From the NCBI RefSeq assembly GCF_006345805.1, contig NC_043003.1, positions 27,280,001-27,344,000 on the forward strand: 64,000 bases of DNA, given 5' to 3'. The translations under genes and the position numbers were made by a program. The notes under the pieces are model-generated. The model searched no databases. It was not told the DNA's origin and saw nothing but the letters and a program-made list of their open reading frames with translations. Below, one piece after another: positions 13,565 to 25,399 of this stretch (positions are counted from its first letter, which is position 1; every line of letters starts with the position of its first letter). The DNA is from Octopus sinensis (lineage: Eukaryota).

Positions 13565-13644
13565 CACGGGATGATGATGATGGTGATGATGATGATGATG
13601 ATGACGACGACGACGACGACAATGATGATGATGATGACGATGAC

Positions 13645-13678
<34 letters not shown>

Positions 13679-13745
13679 GTGATGATGGTGCGTGGTGGTG
13701 AGGTTGATGGTGATGAGGATAATGACGACAATAACGATGATGTTA
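13565..13745. repeat. (GAT)n/(GAC)n microsatellite
   Basis: Seen directly. Confidence 0.95.
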
Positions 13746-13888
13746 ACGACATTTGATATGTTAACACTGATTTAACTATATACATATATATGTATATATC
13801 TACATACACACATATACATACAAATATATATCCATGCATATATATACCTATACATATGTGTGTGTATATATATAAGGTATGCATATAC

Positions 13889-13937
<49 letters not shown>

Positions 13938-14007
13938 AACACATAAACGTATATGTGTAGGGACGTCGTGTGAGTGTGTATGTGAGTGTGTATGTGAGTG
14001 TGTGTGA

Positions 14008-14042
<35 letters not shown>

Positions 14043-14069
14043 TGTGTGTGTGTGTGCGTGTGTATGTGT

Positions 14070-14159
14070 TTGTATTTATACAAATGACGTTTCTAATTTA
14101 CTTTATCAGACAGATGAAGTTTCACGCGTTTATCGAAAAGTTTGCCAGAAACAGAGAAA

Positions 14160-14214
<55 letters not shown>

Positions 14215-14510
14215 TACACACACACACACACATACACACACACACACACCACACACACACACGCACGCACGCACGCACGCACACGCACACGCACACATAC
14301 ACGGAGACAGACAGACAGAGAGAGCAGCAAAATCACACCTCTCAAGAGCATTGTGCGCTCCGTACTTCCACCACCTCTCACCAACGATTCAAATTAGCAT
14401 TCAAGCAGTAAGTCATTTTTTACTTCTGAGTGTCACATCTGCTGGCGAAGCTCAATAACATGACTATACTGACTGCATAGGACTTGTTTTAGCTGAAACC
14501 TTCCCTCTGT
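14070..14510 (+). repeat. Unclassified dispersed repeat; inverted copy at 23530-23800
   Basis: CACATCTGCTGGCGAAGCTCAA...GACTATACTGACTGCATAG...TTGTTTTAGCTGAAAC is found reverse-complemented at ~23540-23610. Confidence 0.7.
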
Positions 14511-14744
14511 GTACTCACGCTCACATGTGCACACACGCCCGGATGCATACGTCGGTGGTGGTGGTGCAACCTACAATTATTATAGGTTCGTTCATTGATC
14601 GGTTTTACTCAATAAGTCCATTGATCAGATGAGAAAAGTTGAACGATCTAATGCTATTTTCGTCGGAGTCAGAGCATTCTAGTGGAAAATGTTTTGCTTG
14701 CTAGGTGTATTTTATATTAATTGTTTCATCCTTTAGAAGGAACA

Positions 14745-15080
14745 GCTGTTTGTTCCTTCTCGAGCCATGCCTGGCTCATAAGGGCCGGTTTCCCGGTTTC
14801 CTTGGCGTATAGGTTCCCCACCTGGACGAGACGCCAGTCCGTCGCAGGTGAGCTGCACGATGCAGGAGGAAAGAGTGAGAGAAAGTTGTGGCGAAAGAGT
14901 CAGCAGGGGTTCACCATTACCTACTGCCGGAGCCGCGTGGAGCTTAGGTGTTTCGTTCAAAAACACACCACATCGCCCAGTCTGAGATTCGAACCCGCGA
15001 TCCCTCGACCGCGAGTCTGCTGTTCTAACCACTAGGTCATGTGCCTCCACTGCTCTAACCACTAGGCCATGTGCCTCCAC
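14745..15080 (-). mobile_element. Young tRNA-derived SINE with a V-domain-like segment
   Basis: Head GTGGAGGCACATGG-CTAGTGGTTAGA, B-box GGTTCGAATC, GGACTGGCGTC-CGTCCAGGTG; highly similar copy at 16945-17232. Confidence 0.8.
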
Positions 15081-15179
15081 TCTCTATTTATATTAAAAGA
15101 GAGTGTATAAACTCTCTATTTGTATTAGTAGAGAGTTTATAAAATATTTTGCCTGGATTAGAAAAACGTAAAGTTTCCT

Positions 15180-15392
15180 TCTCGAGTTATACTGGCTCAT
15201 AAGGGCCAGTTTCCCAGTTTGCATGACGTATATATATATTCCCCATCTGGACGGGACGCCAGTCCGTCGCAAAATAACTCATTTATGCAAGCTGAGTGGA
15301 AAAGAACTTTGTGAAATGAAAGTCCAAGAATCGAAACCACATTCTTACGATCATGAGTCCAATACCCAAACCACTAAGCCACGCGCCTCCAC
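15180..15392 (-). mobile_element. Decayed SINE related to 14745-15080 and 1790-2025
   Basis: Shares CTGGCTCATAAGGGCC and GACGGGACGCCAGTCCGTCGC blocks and the tRNA-like head. Confidence 0.65.
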
Positions 15393-15539
15393 TTTTTTGC
15401 CCGAATACTGATCCTTCATTAATAACTCTTTATCATAAAGATTCATTAATATATATCGTACATAATTATATTCGGAAACAGCTGTTAGTCGAATTTCCAA
15501 CATTAAAAGAATATGTAGACTATTATCTCTACCTTGTCT

Positions 15540-15975
15540 CATACATACATACATACATACATACATACATACATACATACATACATACATGCATGCATGC
15601 ATGCATGCATGCATACATACATACATGCACGCATATATACATACATACATGCATGCATGCATACATACATACATACATACATACATACATACATACATAC
15701 ATACATGCATACATACATACATACATGCACGCATACATACATACATCCATACATACATACATACATACATGCATACATACATACATGCATACATACATAC
15801 ATGCATATATACATACATACATGCACGCATACATACATACATACATACATGCATGCATACATACATGCATACATACATACATACATATACACACACACAC
15901 ATACAGACAGACATGCATATATACATACACAGATACATGCATGCATACATACATACATACATGCATACACACACA
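15540..15975. repeat. (ATAC)n/(ATGC)n microsatellite
   Basis: Seen directly; source of several long spurious ORFs. Confidence 0.95.
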
Positions 15976-16249
15976 CATGCACACACTCACACATGCACAC
16001 GCACACATATCCGCTGACAACCACAATAAAGACAATGGCGACGGCGATGTCCGTGGCGGCAGCAGTGGATCAAGTAACAGAGACAACAATATCAACAGTC
16101 ACGAGGGCAACAGCAACACCAACATCAACATTGCGGCAGGAAATGGCTGCTACGCGAGCAACAACAGAATCACCAGAACCACGTTCAGGAATATCAACGC
16201 CGGCAGCAACTCCAGCAACAACAACAACATTGAACCCGAAGTTAACGAC

Positions 16250-16600
16250 AGAAACATTAGCGGTGGTAGCACGTCCAGTACACAGATACGAAAATATGTC
16301 GGTTTCTACAGGGCCCAAGTTTAAGCAATGTCTGAGCAACCATAGACCTCTTTTAGTACACCAGAAGACGTAACATCACATCCCTGGCCATCCACGTATG
16401 GCATTTAAAAGAGGAAGGAACCCCACAGATAATTAGTTGGAAGCTCTTTGGATTGCCGGGGACTTTGGCAGAGAGAGCAAGAATTCTAAAAACTTCGGTC
16501 GACCCAGGAACTGTTTTTAAACTCCAGGAAAGAATTATTTAGTCAATGCCCTCGCCTAAAACGTTTCCCACAACGAACTTGGAATCCCCATTCGCTGAAT
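16250..16600 (+). mobile_element. Penelope-like GIY-YIG remnant
   Basis: KYVG/STGPKFKQCLSNHR, TSLAIHVWHLKEEGTPQIISWKL, LNSRKELFSQCPRLKRF, frameshifted. Confidence 0.7.
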
Positions 16601-16861
16601 AGTCCCGTGGCAGCTTCTTCGAATATCACCACGGCGGGGACCGAGGTAAGGGGGATAACCTAGTCCTATCTACAACACCTCTCGCAATAATTTCTTCTTT
16701 TTTTTTTCTACACACAACTAACTGACGTATTTCTTCCACCTGTTGTAGAGAAGTTATGTGCACCTTCGGCCATGTGCGTCTGCCGAGTCGCCTATACGGC
16801 TAAGTGTTTTATAGGTGCAAAACAAATGGTCACTATATGACCGGCCATAACAATTAACTTC

Positions 16862-16935
<74 letters not shown>

Positions 16936-16944
16936 TGTTGTTGT

Positions 16945-17232
16945 TGTTTGTTCCTTCTCGAGCCATGCCTGGCTCATAAGGGCCAGTTTCCCGGATTCCT
17001 TGGCGTATAGGTTCCCCACCTGGACGGGACGCCGGTACGTCGCAGGTGAGCTGCAAGATGCAGGAGGAAAGAGTGAGAGAAAGTTGTGGCGAAAGGGTCA
17101 GCAGAAGTTCGCCATTACCTTCTGCCGGAGCCGCGTGGAGCTTAGGTGTTTCGCTCATAAACACACACATCGCCCGGTCTGAGATTCGAACCCACGAGTC
17201 CGCTGCTCTAACCACTAGGCCATGTCCCTCCA
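16945..17232 (-). mobile_element. Young SINE, copy of 14745-15080
   Basis: High identity along the full length. Confidence 0.85.
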
Positions 17233-17587
17233 CTGGCCGCTGATATTTATAGTGTTAAACACTTTCGGTATGCCAATTAGGGACTCCTTCATAGAGTAAC
17301 TGCTGCATTTGTTGAGTATATAAACAGTTTGGCGACTTGTTTCTGTGGAGATTGTCAAAATGATGTGGACGCCTCAGATGAGCGCCCAATAAGGTTCGAA
17401 AATCGATTAAGGTTGTTCATTTTTTTCAGACTGTGGAGAAATGGCTAAAATTTGCCCTTTTTATAATTATACCATATGTTATATATATCAATAATAATAT
17501 GACAACAAAAGAATGAATGAGACCTCAATATTGTGTAAAATAGAGGAATTTATCTATAAATATAATATGTGACAATTAGTTGGTTGT

Positions 17588-17654
17588 CATAATAAAACTC
17601 AGAGTTTCGGATACCGGGGCTTAAGTCTGCTCCGGTATCTCATCAGTTACTAAG
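17588..17654 (-). ncRNA. Type I hammerhead-ribozyme-like motif
   Basis: TAGTAA-CTGATGA-GATACCGGAGC/GCCCCGGTATC-C-GAAA-CTC(T)GAG-TT-TTATTA; one extra C before GAAA. Confidence 0.6.
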
Positions 17655-17869
17655 ACAAAATGCTATGAAAAAAACCGTTAAATAAAGGGAAATTATTCCT
17701 ATAAGCATGCTGAAAGTAATACTTCATTCATAGAATCTGCATATGCACACATATACACACACACATACATGTACGTACACACATACACACACACATATGT
17801 ATGTATATTTATCTATATACACACGCGTATACAAATACATACAAACACACATATATACATATTTCTACG

Positions 17870-19340
17870 CATACACGCACATATACTCATGCACACATCA
17901 CTGCGCTCATATATACAACTCTACACACACACACATACATACGCGGATATACAAAATGTAGTTTATATGCACCTGCGTATACATACGCGGAAAACGTATA
18001 TACAAAAACACATACTCAAAAACACACTCATCAATATGTTCATATACACATCTCTATACGCAAATACACATACATACGCGGATTTACAAAACATAGTCTA
18101 TACACATATGCACATACATACGCGGATAGATGTATTGGGTTGTCCGGAAAGTTCGTGCCGATTTATAGTAGCTTAACTTTCGACTTATTTTAGAACATGG
18201 TTGAGTCCATAAAATAGGATTTGACTACACCTCCATTTAGAGCACAGTTTAAGCTATCTTTTCGTGGAAGAAGGTTTATGTTCCTATAACCTGTGTTAAT
18301 TATGTAACCCTTTAAAATGGAAGATAAGAAAGTTTATATTCGGCACTTGATGCTTTAGGGAACCAGACAAAAATTACTGCAGCTTGGCTGGAATGTGTTA
18401 CCCCACCCTCCATATTCACCAGATATTGCTCTTTCGGATTTCCACTTATTCAGGTCTCTGCAGAATAGTCTTAATGGTAAAAATTTTAATTCCTTCGATG
18501 ACGTAAAAAGATACCTTGATGAATTATTTGCCATGAAACCACCTCAATTCTGGGAAGAGGGTATTTTCAAGTTAAAGGAAAGATGGAGATGGATTGTGCA
18601 ACAAAATGGTTCATAATTGGTTGATTAAAAATGTAATGGCAAGTGTTTATTGCCCTTTTCCTTTCCTTTAAAAGTCGGCACGAACTTTCCGGACAACCCA
18701 ATATATACAAACAAAAACACATACGCAAAAAAAGTACATAAACCGTAAAACATTCAGCGCCGCAGAACTTGAATATACAAATGAGTTATATATGTATATA
18801 CACAAATACCCATCTACACCTGCAGACATATAAACGTATATACATACATATATGTCTCCTTCCTTCATACACTCATATATGTACGTATATTCGTTTATAT
18901 GTCTGCAGGTATAGACGTATTTGCCAGACAGGAGGGTGCCTCATTTGTATATTCAAGTTTTGCGGTTTACGTATTTCTTCATTTTTTTGCGTATGTGTTT
19001 TTATTTATATATACGTCTATTTTTGTCACACAGGAGGGTGTATTTGTGTATATACATAGATAACTCATTTTTATATTCAAGTTTTGTGGCGAAGGTGAAT
19101 GTTTTACGGTTTATGCGTTTGTGTTTTTGATTTGTATATACGTCTATCAGCGTATGTGTGTGCATGTGTGTATAGACTATGTTTTGTAGCGAGTGTTTTA
19201 GAGTATGTGTTTTTGTGTATGTTTTCTGCGTATGTATATGCATGTGCGTATAAACTACGTTTTGTATATCCGCGTATGTATGTGTGTGTGCGTGTAGAGA
19301 TATATATATGAGCGTAGTGATGCGTGCATGGGTATATATG
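17870..19340. mobile_element. Fold-back element with long imperfect inverted arms, interrupted by a mariner
   Basis: 17880-18040 is the reverse complement of 19195-19335; 18705-18850 mirrors 18870-19090. Confidence 0.6.
18135..18701 (+). mobile_element. Internally deleted mariner
   Basis: ~30-bp TIRs TTGGGTTGTCCGGAAAGTTCGTGCCGA, TA duplication on both sides; MEDKKVYIRHLML joined to LGWNVLPHPPYSPDIALSDFHLFRSLQ. Confidence 0.92.
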
Positions 19341-19362
19341 TGTGTGTTTGCGTAGAAATATG

Positions 19363-19425
<63 letters not shown>

Positions 19426-19647
19426 ATATGTTTTTATATGTCTATATGGTTTTATTTAATATACATATAATCATATACTTCTCATTTATTTAGTTTTTCT
19501 TCCCTTTATCCTTCCTCTTTCTATAGGCTACCTCTGACTTTATATCCTATAACGTTGTTTTGAAACAAGGTTAATAGCGTTCAGTTAATCACTATACATA
19601 TCCATCATTTTCTGTTAAAATGTCTTATTGAAGAGTTTCATTTCTTC

Positions 19648-19733
19648 ACTTCCCTGAAGAGATTACATTGTTTTACACCATTTTATTCCTTTGGAATAAT
19701 ACCAGTGATTTCTTCGAAACATGTGTCGGAAGT
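19648..19733 (+). ncRNA. Type I hammerhead-ribozyme-like motif
   Basis: ACTTCC-CTGAAGA-long irregular stem II-GAAA-CA(TG)TG-TC-GGAAGT: 6-bp stem I and GUC triplet. Confidence 0.55.
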
Positions 19734-19767
19734 AAAAAAAATTTGAATAGCACCTGCATTTAACTCC

Positions 19768-19833
<66 letters not shown>

Positions 19834-19925
19834 TATATATGTATAAGGGTGGAAAGGAACACACGAGTTGATATATATGAAAAAAACAAGTCAAAAATAG
19901 AAAATGCTAAGATAATTTTATAGTG

Positions 19926-19978
19926 AATCTTTCAGTACCGGTTTCGGTCATTTTGAGACCTTTTCAACTGTAACGATT
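19926..19978 (-). ncRNA. Hammerhead-like motif with U3-A8 core (left pLTR copy)
   Basis: Reverse complement of the motif at 21516-21568. Confidence 0.6.
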
Positions 19979-20519
19979 AAATAATTAAATTTAGAAAAAT
20001 TAGAAGAAAAGTTTTTTTTTAATGAATATTTCTGTAGTAGTGTTCAGATATAAGTAGCATTCTGCCTTTCTCTGACTCCCTTGTTTGCACTTGTGTGTTC
20101 GAGGTCGTTTTGAGTTCTTGGTAGGATAGGTGAAGAATAAGGAGGCTGATGTGGAGAGGGGGTGGGGAAATCTGGGAATGCCTTAATGGTCGTATTTTGA
20201 ATGGTCAGTGGCTGACAGTAGTCGCAGTTCAATTCAGGAATTGTTTATGGAATTTGCGTAGGCGTTATACTGAAAGACATTAGTGACAAGGTTAAGGGGT
20301 GGAAGGTGGAGAAGTAGAAGAAGAAGAAGATGACGATGTTGATGATGATGATGATGAAGAAGAAGAAGGAGAAGAAGAAGAAGAAGAAGGAGAAGGAGAA
20401 GATGGTGGTGATGATGGTGGTGATGATGATGACGACGATGATGATGATAATGATGATGATGAAGAAGAAGAGGAAGAAGAAGAAGAAAAAAACAGAGAAG
20501 GGAGAATATGAATGATATC

Positions 20520-20908
20520 TAATTGAGGGATATCTAATTGAGGGATCAGAGTTCTCCTTCAAACAGGGACAACAGTTTACAGTGAAAAGCAACTTCACAT
20601 GTGCTTCGGAGAACCTAATATACTCACTAACCTGCTCCGGGTGTCAAGAGCAGTACATAGGCCAAACAAAAAATGGTTTGCGTAAACGAATGGCCCTGCA
20701 CAGATCCCAGATAAAAAATCCCCAAAACAGAAAAATAGCTTTTAGCCAACACATAGATACTTGCGCCAACAAAAAAACACCAAACTTCAGGATTTTCCCC
20801 CTCTACCAATTTAGGGACGATACAACCTCGAGACAACGAATAAGTAAAGAAAATCTCTTTATTACAAAATACAAGCCACTTCTTAACGGGTCTACGACAA
20901 ACAATTAA
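20520..20908 (+). CDS. GIY-YIG endonuclease domain (5'-truncated, open frame) of a Penelope-like element
   Basis: FTCASENLIYSLTCSGCQEQYIGQTKNGLRKRMALHRSQI...KENLFITKYKPLLN, with no internal stops; no true start codon. Confidence 0.8.
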
Positions 20909-21515
20909 TACACCTCAACTTTAGAATAAAAGAAATATATACACACACAAATATTACACTCCATAGAATCCATTACTAATCAGCCCCATCACAGCTATAC
21001 TTTCACCCATTCATATTCTCCCTTCTCTGTTTTTTTCTTCTTCTTCTTCATCATCATCATTATCATCATCATCGTCGTCATCATCATCACCACCATCATC
21101 ACCACCATCTTCTCCTTCTCCTTCTTCTTCTTCTTCTTCATCATCATCATCATCAACATCGTCATCTTCTTCTTCTTCTACTTCTCCACCTTCCACCCCT
21201 TAACCTTGTCACTAATGTCTTTCAGTGTAACGCCTACGCAAATTCCATAAACAATTCCTGAATTGAACTGCGACTACTGTCAGCCACTGACCATTCAAAA
21301 TACGACCATTAAGGCATTCCCAGATTTCCCCACCCCCTCTCCACATCAGCCTCCTTATTCTTCACCTATCCTACCAAAAACTCAAAACGACCTCGAACAC
21401 ACAAGTGCAAACAAGGGAGTCAGAGAAAGGCAGAATACTACTTATATCTGAACACTACTACAGAAATATTCATTTAAAAAAACTTTTCTTCTAATTTTTC
21501 TAAATTTAATTATTT

Positions 21516-21568
21516 AATCGTTACAGTTGAAAAGGTCTCAAAATGACCGAAACCGGTACTGAAAGATT
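21516..21568 (+). ncRNA. Hammerhead-like motif with U3-A8 core (right pLTR copy)
   Basis: AATCGTTACAG-TTGAAAA-GGTC(TCAAAAT)GACC-GAAA-C(CG)G-TA-CTGAAAGATT. Confidence 0.6.
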
Positions 21569-21623
21569 CACTATAAAATTATCTTAGCATTTTCTATTTT
21601 TGACTTGTTTTTTCATATATATA

Positions 21624-21668
<45 letters not shown>

Positions 21669-21699
21669 ATAAGATTAGCTCGTATACGAGTGGGTATAT

Positions 21700-22300
21700 A
21701 TTTGTAAAAAATGAAGTTTGAAAATGCTGCTATATTAGACAAATTTTAATTTTTATATATACATTATTTATTTAACATGTTTCGGTTCTTGAAATGACGA
21801 ACCTTATCAAAAAAAAATTATATATAAAAAAGATAGTTCATGCTATCAAATATAAAAAAAATCATATATAATATTCAATAGAATCAGACATAAAAAAAAT
21901 CATATATAGTAAAGCGAGTCCATGCTATATGTTTAAAGAGTATGATGTAGTTGTTCATAGTGGTGATATGCATTCAATATAAAAAATTCATGTTCTTGAA
22001 AAAGCGAGGAAATAATTTTAGATTTTACCTTGTGTTCCAATGGGAGCAACTGTAATGACTTTTGGTTGGTGCCTGTTCGTATAGTTTTGGTGAATCTTGT
22101 GAATTGTTTGGGTTTTATATCAGTTCAGCTTAGCTGTCTCACTTGCATTTTTCACTGACGTCATATAGTTCCCAACCAATCAAAACTCAGTCTCAACGAA
22201 TATATCTTGTTAGGAAACCAACCAAGCAGAACGACAGTTTGGCCACGGGAGAAATATGTCATCCTTATTTTTGACGGATTGAAATTTGATCTGATCCATG
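21700..22300 (-). mobile_element. Decayed Penelope-like 3' region with a hammerhead-like motif at 21766-21817
   Basis: Weak GIY-YIG-like translation plus TTGATAA-GGTTC...GAACC-GAAA-C(AT)G-TT-AAATAAA. Confidence 0.5.
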
Positions 22301-22505
22301 ACTGTAGCCTGTTAGGCGGCTAGTCAAGCGGAACGGGACGTCATCAATGTTTTGACCAGTCATCCCGTTTGGTGGCTAGTCTAGCAGAACGAGACGTCAT
22401 CAATGTTTTGACCAATCAGAATCGGGTCTGACCTATAGCTGTATTAGATCTGACCCATGACTATATATATATATATATATATATATAATTATAAATGTAT
22501 ATATA

Positions 22506-23374
22506 CAGGGTTCAGTGAATAAACTGTCGTCTAAATTACGCAAGAATGAAAGTAACACTGACATCTCATTTTGAAAGATACATTTACCAAAATTACATAA
22601 ATATATCTTGAAATACTAAAGGGTAAATTAATTCAATAAAATCGCCGTTAGCTTCGACCACGGCATCCCGACAACTTCGGAGTCCCTTGCAACTCCTGCG
22701 GACGGTTTCCTTGTTTAAGTTGGTGAATGCTGCCATAATCCTTGCCTTCAGTTCATTTTTGGTGTTACAATGAGTTTTGCTGGTCTCTCGCTCAACTTCG
22801 CTCCGCACATAATAATCAAGGGGGATGCAGCCTGGAGAGTTAGATGGCCAGATGTTAGGGGTAGTGTGGTCACAGAAATTGTCTGACAGCCATGATTGGG
22901 TGCTCCTGTTTGTGTGGCATAGTGCAGAGGCCTGTTGCCAGACACAGGGTTTTCTAGCCGCCACCCTCCAGACCCAAGGTAGCAGTACCTCCTCCAGGGC
23001 ACTTGATGTAGTCCTTCGTGTTGAGTCTGAGGCTGTGTGGTAAGATGAATGGAGGCATAACACGCCATCACTAGTGATCACGCGAAACACCATGATGTTG
23101 ACTCGATGTTTGATTTTTATCACTTTCGGTACATGTCCTCAGACTGCACTGTCCTCAGACACTGAAATGTTTGTATTCGAGCTTCTAGTACGAATGCCAA
23201 GCAGTACAGCGTATAGCTTCCAAACATCTGGCAGAATGAATTGCGTCATGGTGCTGTTTTTCTCACAGACGGTGCCCAATTGACCCTACTATACTGTGTG
23301 GTCGACAAAATCAAAAACAATGCGCATGCACGAAAGTAAAAGTGAGATGATGATAATTTACCCATCACACCCTG
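22506..23374 (-). mobile_element. maT/DD37D-like transposon, 5'-deleted transposase
   Basis: EEVLLPWV...CVWQQASALCHT...WPSNSPGCIPLDYYV; diverged CAGGGT termini with TA flanks. Confidence 0.8.
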
Positions 23375-24005
23375 TATATATATACGCAGAGTTATATACA
23401 TGTACACACGCTATACATTGTTTTATACGCACTCGGACACGCATTTTACACATACGTATAGATAATACATTGTATGTATTTATGTGTGTACCGAGGCATT
23501 TGTGAGCGCATGAGTGTGCGTGGGGGTGTGCACAGTTAGACAGTTTCAGCTAAAACAAGTTCTATGCAGTCAGTATAGTCATGCTGTTGAGCTTTGCCAG
23601 CAGATGTGAAACTCAGAAGGGTAAATGTATTGACGAAATGATTTACTGATTCAATACTAATTTGAGGCATTGGTGAGCGGTGGGGGAAATGCTGAACACA
23701 CAATGCTCGCTGCTCTGTCTGTATGTGTATGTTTGTGTGTGTGTGTCTCAGACTTTTCGATAAACGCATGAAGTATCATGTGATAAAGTAAATTAGAAGC
23801 GTCATTTGCATAAACACACACACACACATGTATGCTTATGTGTGCATGTTATATATATATATCTGTCTATATATATATACATGGATATATACATATATAT
23901 ATATGTATATATGTATATATATATATACATATATATATGTATATATACGCATATATGTATGTATGTATATATATACATATATATATATATATGTAGCTAT
24001 ATGAC

Positions 24006-24036
<31 letters not shown>

Positions 24037-24705
24037 CATTTGTAATTAAGATGGTATTATCTGCACACCTCGAAGTAAGATGAATAAAAAGCAAATATGT
24101 AACAAGTGCACCTAGGTATTACTACTATACGGTCGTTTCAGGTGGCTCCATTTATTCGAACAATGCAAGCATTACATCACTTTGAAATACACCGCCATCT
24201 TCGGTTGCAAATATATAGATTTTCAACAGAGAGGATATTCTATTATAATTTTTAGCAAATATTTCGTCGGAGATAGAGAATGAAAAAATTCCATGCTACT
24301 ACTATTGTAGCAGGTTAAACTTAGAGAAAAGCAACTACAATTTTGGTAGAAGTGGTCAATACAGAGTGGCAGAAGTGGTCCACAGTGGGTGTCATGGTAA
24401 TTTAGCTACAATTTTTATCTATCCCCTTATCATCATCAAAAGACCTAATTCAGTTAGTGAACTGCATATATTAAGAATTAAAACCACTTGGAGTTGACAG
24501 CTAAGTTCTAGCAGCTGGTCACAAATTCAATAATTGTTAGATATTCTTTCAAACCTTAATTCACTGTGACAATATAATTCCCTTGACACATAAAGAAATA
24601 AATCTCAGAAGTCATTTGGATAGTGGTAAATGCCCAGAAAAAGAGGTTGGGTAGAGGTGACATAAACGTTTTTATTACTATCAGTCTCCAATAGAAAACA
24701 TAGGA

Positions 24706-25399
24706 CGCTACAATGAGATGTAGATGGGCATTAAAGGTACAGAGGGAAAAGATATTATATTTTGTATAATAAATGTAAAATTTTTTAAATTTAAAAAGGG
24801 ATATGAGAACCGGGTAAAGTAAAAAGAATATATAGACCAATTTAAGCACAAAGAAATGGAGATTACTTTTATATAAAATATAAGCTTCATAATACTTCAT
24901 CTTAGCAGGACTTTCAGGTGGTTATGATACTTACATTCAGAATTTTTCTGGGAAAGGGATATACATTTCCTATTGATTGAAAACAGGGGTCCAAAAGCAG
25001 AAATATAAGATACATGGTTCTCTAACAGATGAACTTATTTAAAATTATATTATACATATATTTTTAAACAAGCTTATCTGTTATGAACCATTTATCTTAT
25101 TTTTCTGCTTTTGATCCCCTGTTTTCAATCAATAGAAAATGTATATCCCTTTCCCAGAAAAATTCTGAATGTAAGTATCATAACCACCTGAAAGTCCTGC
25201 TAAGATGAAGTATTATGAAGCTTATATTTTATATAAAAGTAATCTCCATTTTTTTGTGCTTAAATTGGTCTATATATTCTTTTTACTTTACCCGGTTCTC
25301 ATATCCCTTTTTAAATTTAAAAAATTTTACATTTATTATACAAAATATAATATCTTTTCCCTCTGTACCTTTAATGCCCATCTACATCTCATTGTAGCG
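24706..25399. repeat. ~700-bp imperfect palindrome
   Basis: The same ORF appears on opposite strands (24556..24900 minus, 25205..25405 plus); centre at ~25050. Confidence 0.9.

Larger units (their letters stand above)
19871..21620 (+). mobile_element. Young 5'-truncated Penelope-like element with inverted pseudo-LTRs
   Basis: Arms 19871-20514 and 21008-21620 are near-identical inverted repeats around a GIY-YIG-coding core. Confidence 0.88.

Noticed and set aside
13345-13565. Purine-rich, GC-balanced stretch resembling an exon
   Set aside because: Stops in all plus frames and no recognisable domain; more likely a LINE remnant
13564-16373. Long ORFs of 120-323 aa (poly-HT, YIHT, CVCM)
   Set aside because: Translations of dinucleotide and tetranucleotide microsatellites. 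The same applies to similar ORFs at 2.5, 10.2, 37, 38.4, 39.4, 44.6, 55 and 63.7 kb
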